Source: Tetramitus jugosus
Lineage: Eukaryota > Protista > Heterolobosea
Length of the DNA stretch: 64,000 nucleotides
Direction of reading: 5' to 3'
Assembly: GCA_937625935.1 (NCBI GenBank)
Contig: OW569388.1
Span: 62,001-126,000 of the forward strand
Shown: positions 63,103 to 64,000 of the stretch, piece by piece
Layout of the letters: each line of letters starts with the position of its first letter
How positions within the stretch are numbered: position 1 is the stretch's first letter
Position numbers and translations under genes: made by a program
The notes under the pieces: model-generated
Databases searched by the model: none
What the model was told of the DNA's origin: nothing
Seen by the model: the letters and a program-made list of their open reading frames with translations, nothing else

Positions 63103-63999
63103 TTACTTTTTCGAGAGGCATTTTCGTTCAAAAGTGCCCAGCTCTTTGACATCAGTGCCACTGGCTTGTCTCTTCTCTACTAATTCAAGTTCTGAATACC
63201 ACCGTTCGAACATTTGAGACTGACGGAATGTCTCAAAGAATATCTTCTCCTTTCTGCCCTTGCTCTTCAAGAATTTTGTTTCATTGAAGACAAAGTTAGT
63301 GTCCTCCTTCGACATATAGCTTCTATAGTCACCAAAGTGTTCAATGAAGAAGCATAGGAAGGCATCAGCGACATCTTCGTTGTTAATCTTGGCACTTGCC
63401 CTAATGGTTTGAAGCTTTTTGGTCAATGCAGCAAAAGATTTTGCAGGCAGAATCTTGACATCGTCTCCTCCTTCAATTTTGTCACTATCCAAGTCAATAA
63501 TCACAACTTCCTCCATTGGTAACGTTTCAACAATACCTTTGTGTATGCTGAGCACACCAACAATAAACGGAACAGGTGAGCAAACATATTCCAACAGTGG
63601 CTTTGGAACCACTGGTATGAACACATGTTGCCAAGTGAATGGATAGACCATAGCCATACAAGAGTGGGTAATTGCAGACAAAATTGTGATCTCCCTAGAA
63701 TAAAATATGACTCTGCGCTCCAGTAAGAGCGAGGTAAACAGAGACAGTATCGAATTTACACTCAACTTTTGGAATAAATGACCAAAATCAATCTGTACAA
63801 TACCATGAAAAGATAGAGAAGGGGTAAGACTAAATGCGACCAAAATGGCACAAGAGAAAAACAAAGAGATACATACATATTCTAGCATTGGATCAGATGC
63901 ACCGGGCCGAGTCAATCGAATCTCTTCCATTTTTCCAGTCTTCAAATCTTGAGATTTGACTTGCACAGTCATACCAGGCTGCGGGAATGGATTTGCCAA
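63103..63999 (-). CDS. DENN-domain protein (Rab GEF), 5' partial; probable in-frame intron 63876-63793
   Basis: LLLERRVIF, YPFTWQHVFIPVVP..LLEYVCSPVPFIVG and dDENN-like FFETFRQSQMF. Runs off the window end. Confidence 0.9.
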   Translation of the reverse strand: MANPFPQPGMTVQVKSQDLKTGKMEEIRLTRPGASDPMLEYVCISLFFSCAILVAFSLTPSLSFHGIVQIDFGHLFQKLSVNSILSLFTSLLLERRVIFYSREITILSAITHSCMAMVYPFTWQHVFIPVVPKPLLEYVCSPVPFIVGVLSIHKGIVETLPMEEVVIIDLDSDKIEGGDDVKILPAKSFAALTKKLQTIRASAKINNEDVADAFLCFFIEHFGDYRSYMSKEDTNFVFNETKFLKSKGRKEKIFFETFRQSQMFERWYSELELVEKRQASGTDVKELGTFERKCLSKK

Positions 64000-64000
64000 C

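Noticed and set aside
1-64000. Alternative genetic code or prokaryotic/viral origin
   Set aside because: TAA, TAG and TGA all terminate conserved genes at expected positions. Spliceosomal introns and core eukaryotic genes are present throughout.

Overview
Gene-dense, intron-poor, AT-rich eukaryotic (protist) DNA read in the standard genetic code. It has short GT-AG introns, short intergenic gaps and many poly-Q/N/S/T tracts. The EGF-repeat style, gene density and flagellar genes suggest a heterolobosean amoeboflagellate of the Naegleria type (inference). About 27 protein-coding genes are supported. Recognisable ones are an NRPS/CAR-type terminal reductase (5' partial), NPC1-like, an OTU deubiquitinase, monoglyceride lipase-like, EamA transporter, SRP68, uridine phosphorylase, CCDC40, NME5, XPF, IFT81, cyclin T/K, a SAP-domain protein, a rhomboid, Rpn12, an ankyrin protein, SMYD and DENN (5' partial). 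The standout is an 18.7-kb giant surface-protein locus (19334-38028) made of two tandem ORFs. One cadherin-like Ig (CADG/He_PIG) domain is broken exactly between them. The upstream, anchorless ORF ends with the first strands of the domain plus a Cys (DPDCP*). The downstream ORF has an apparent own signal peptide, then a Cys and the remaining strands. This suggests a two-chain adhesin joined by strand complementation and a disulfide. An atypical intron or a frameshift/indel are the competing explanations. No rRNA, tRNA, CRISPR array or transposon was recognised. All family calls come from motif recognition, not database searches.
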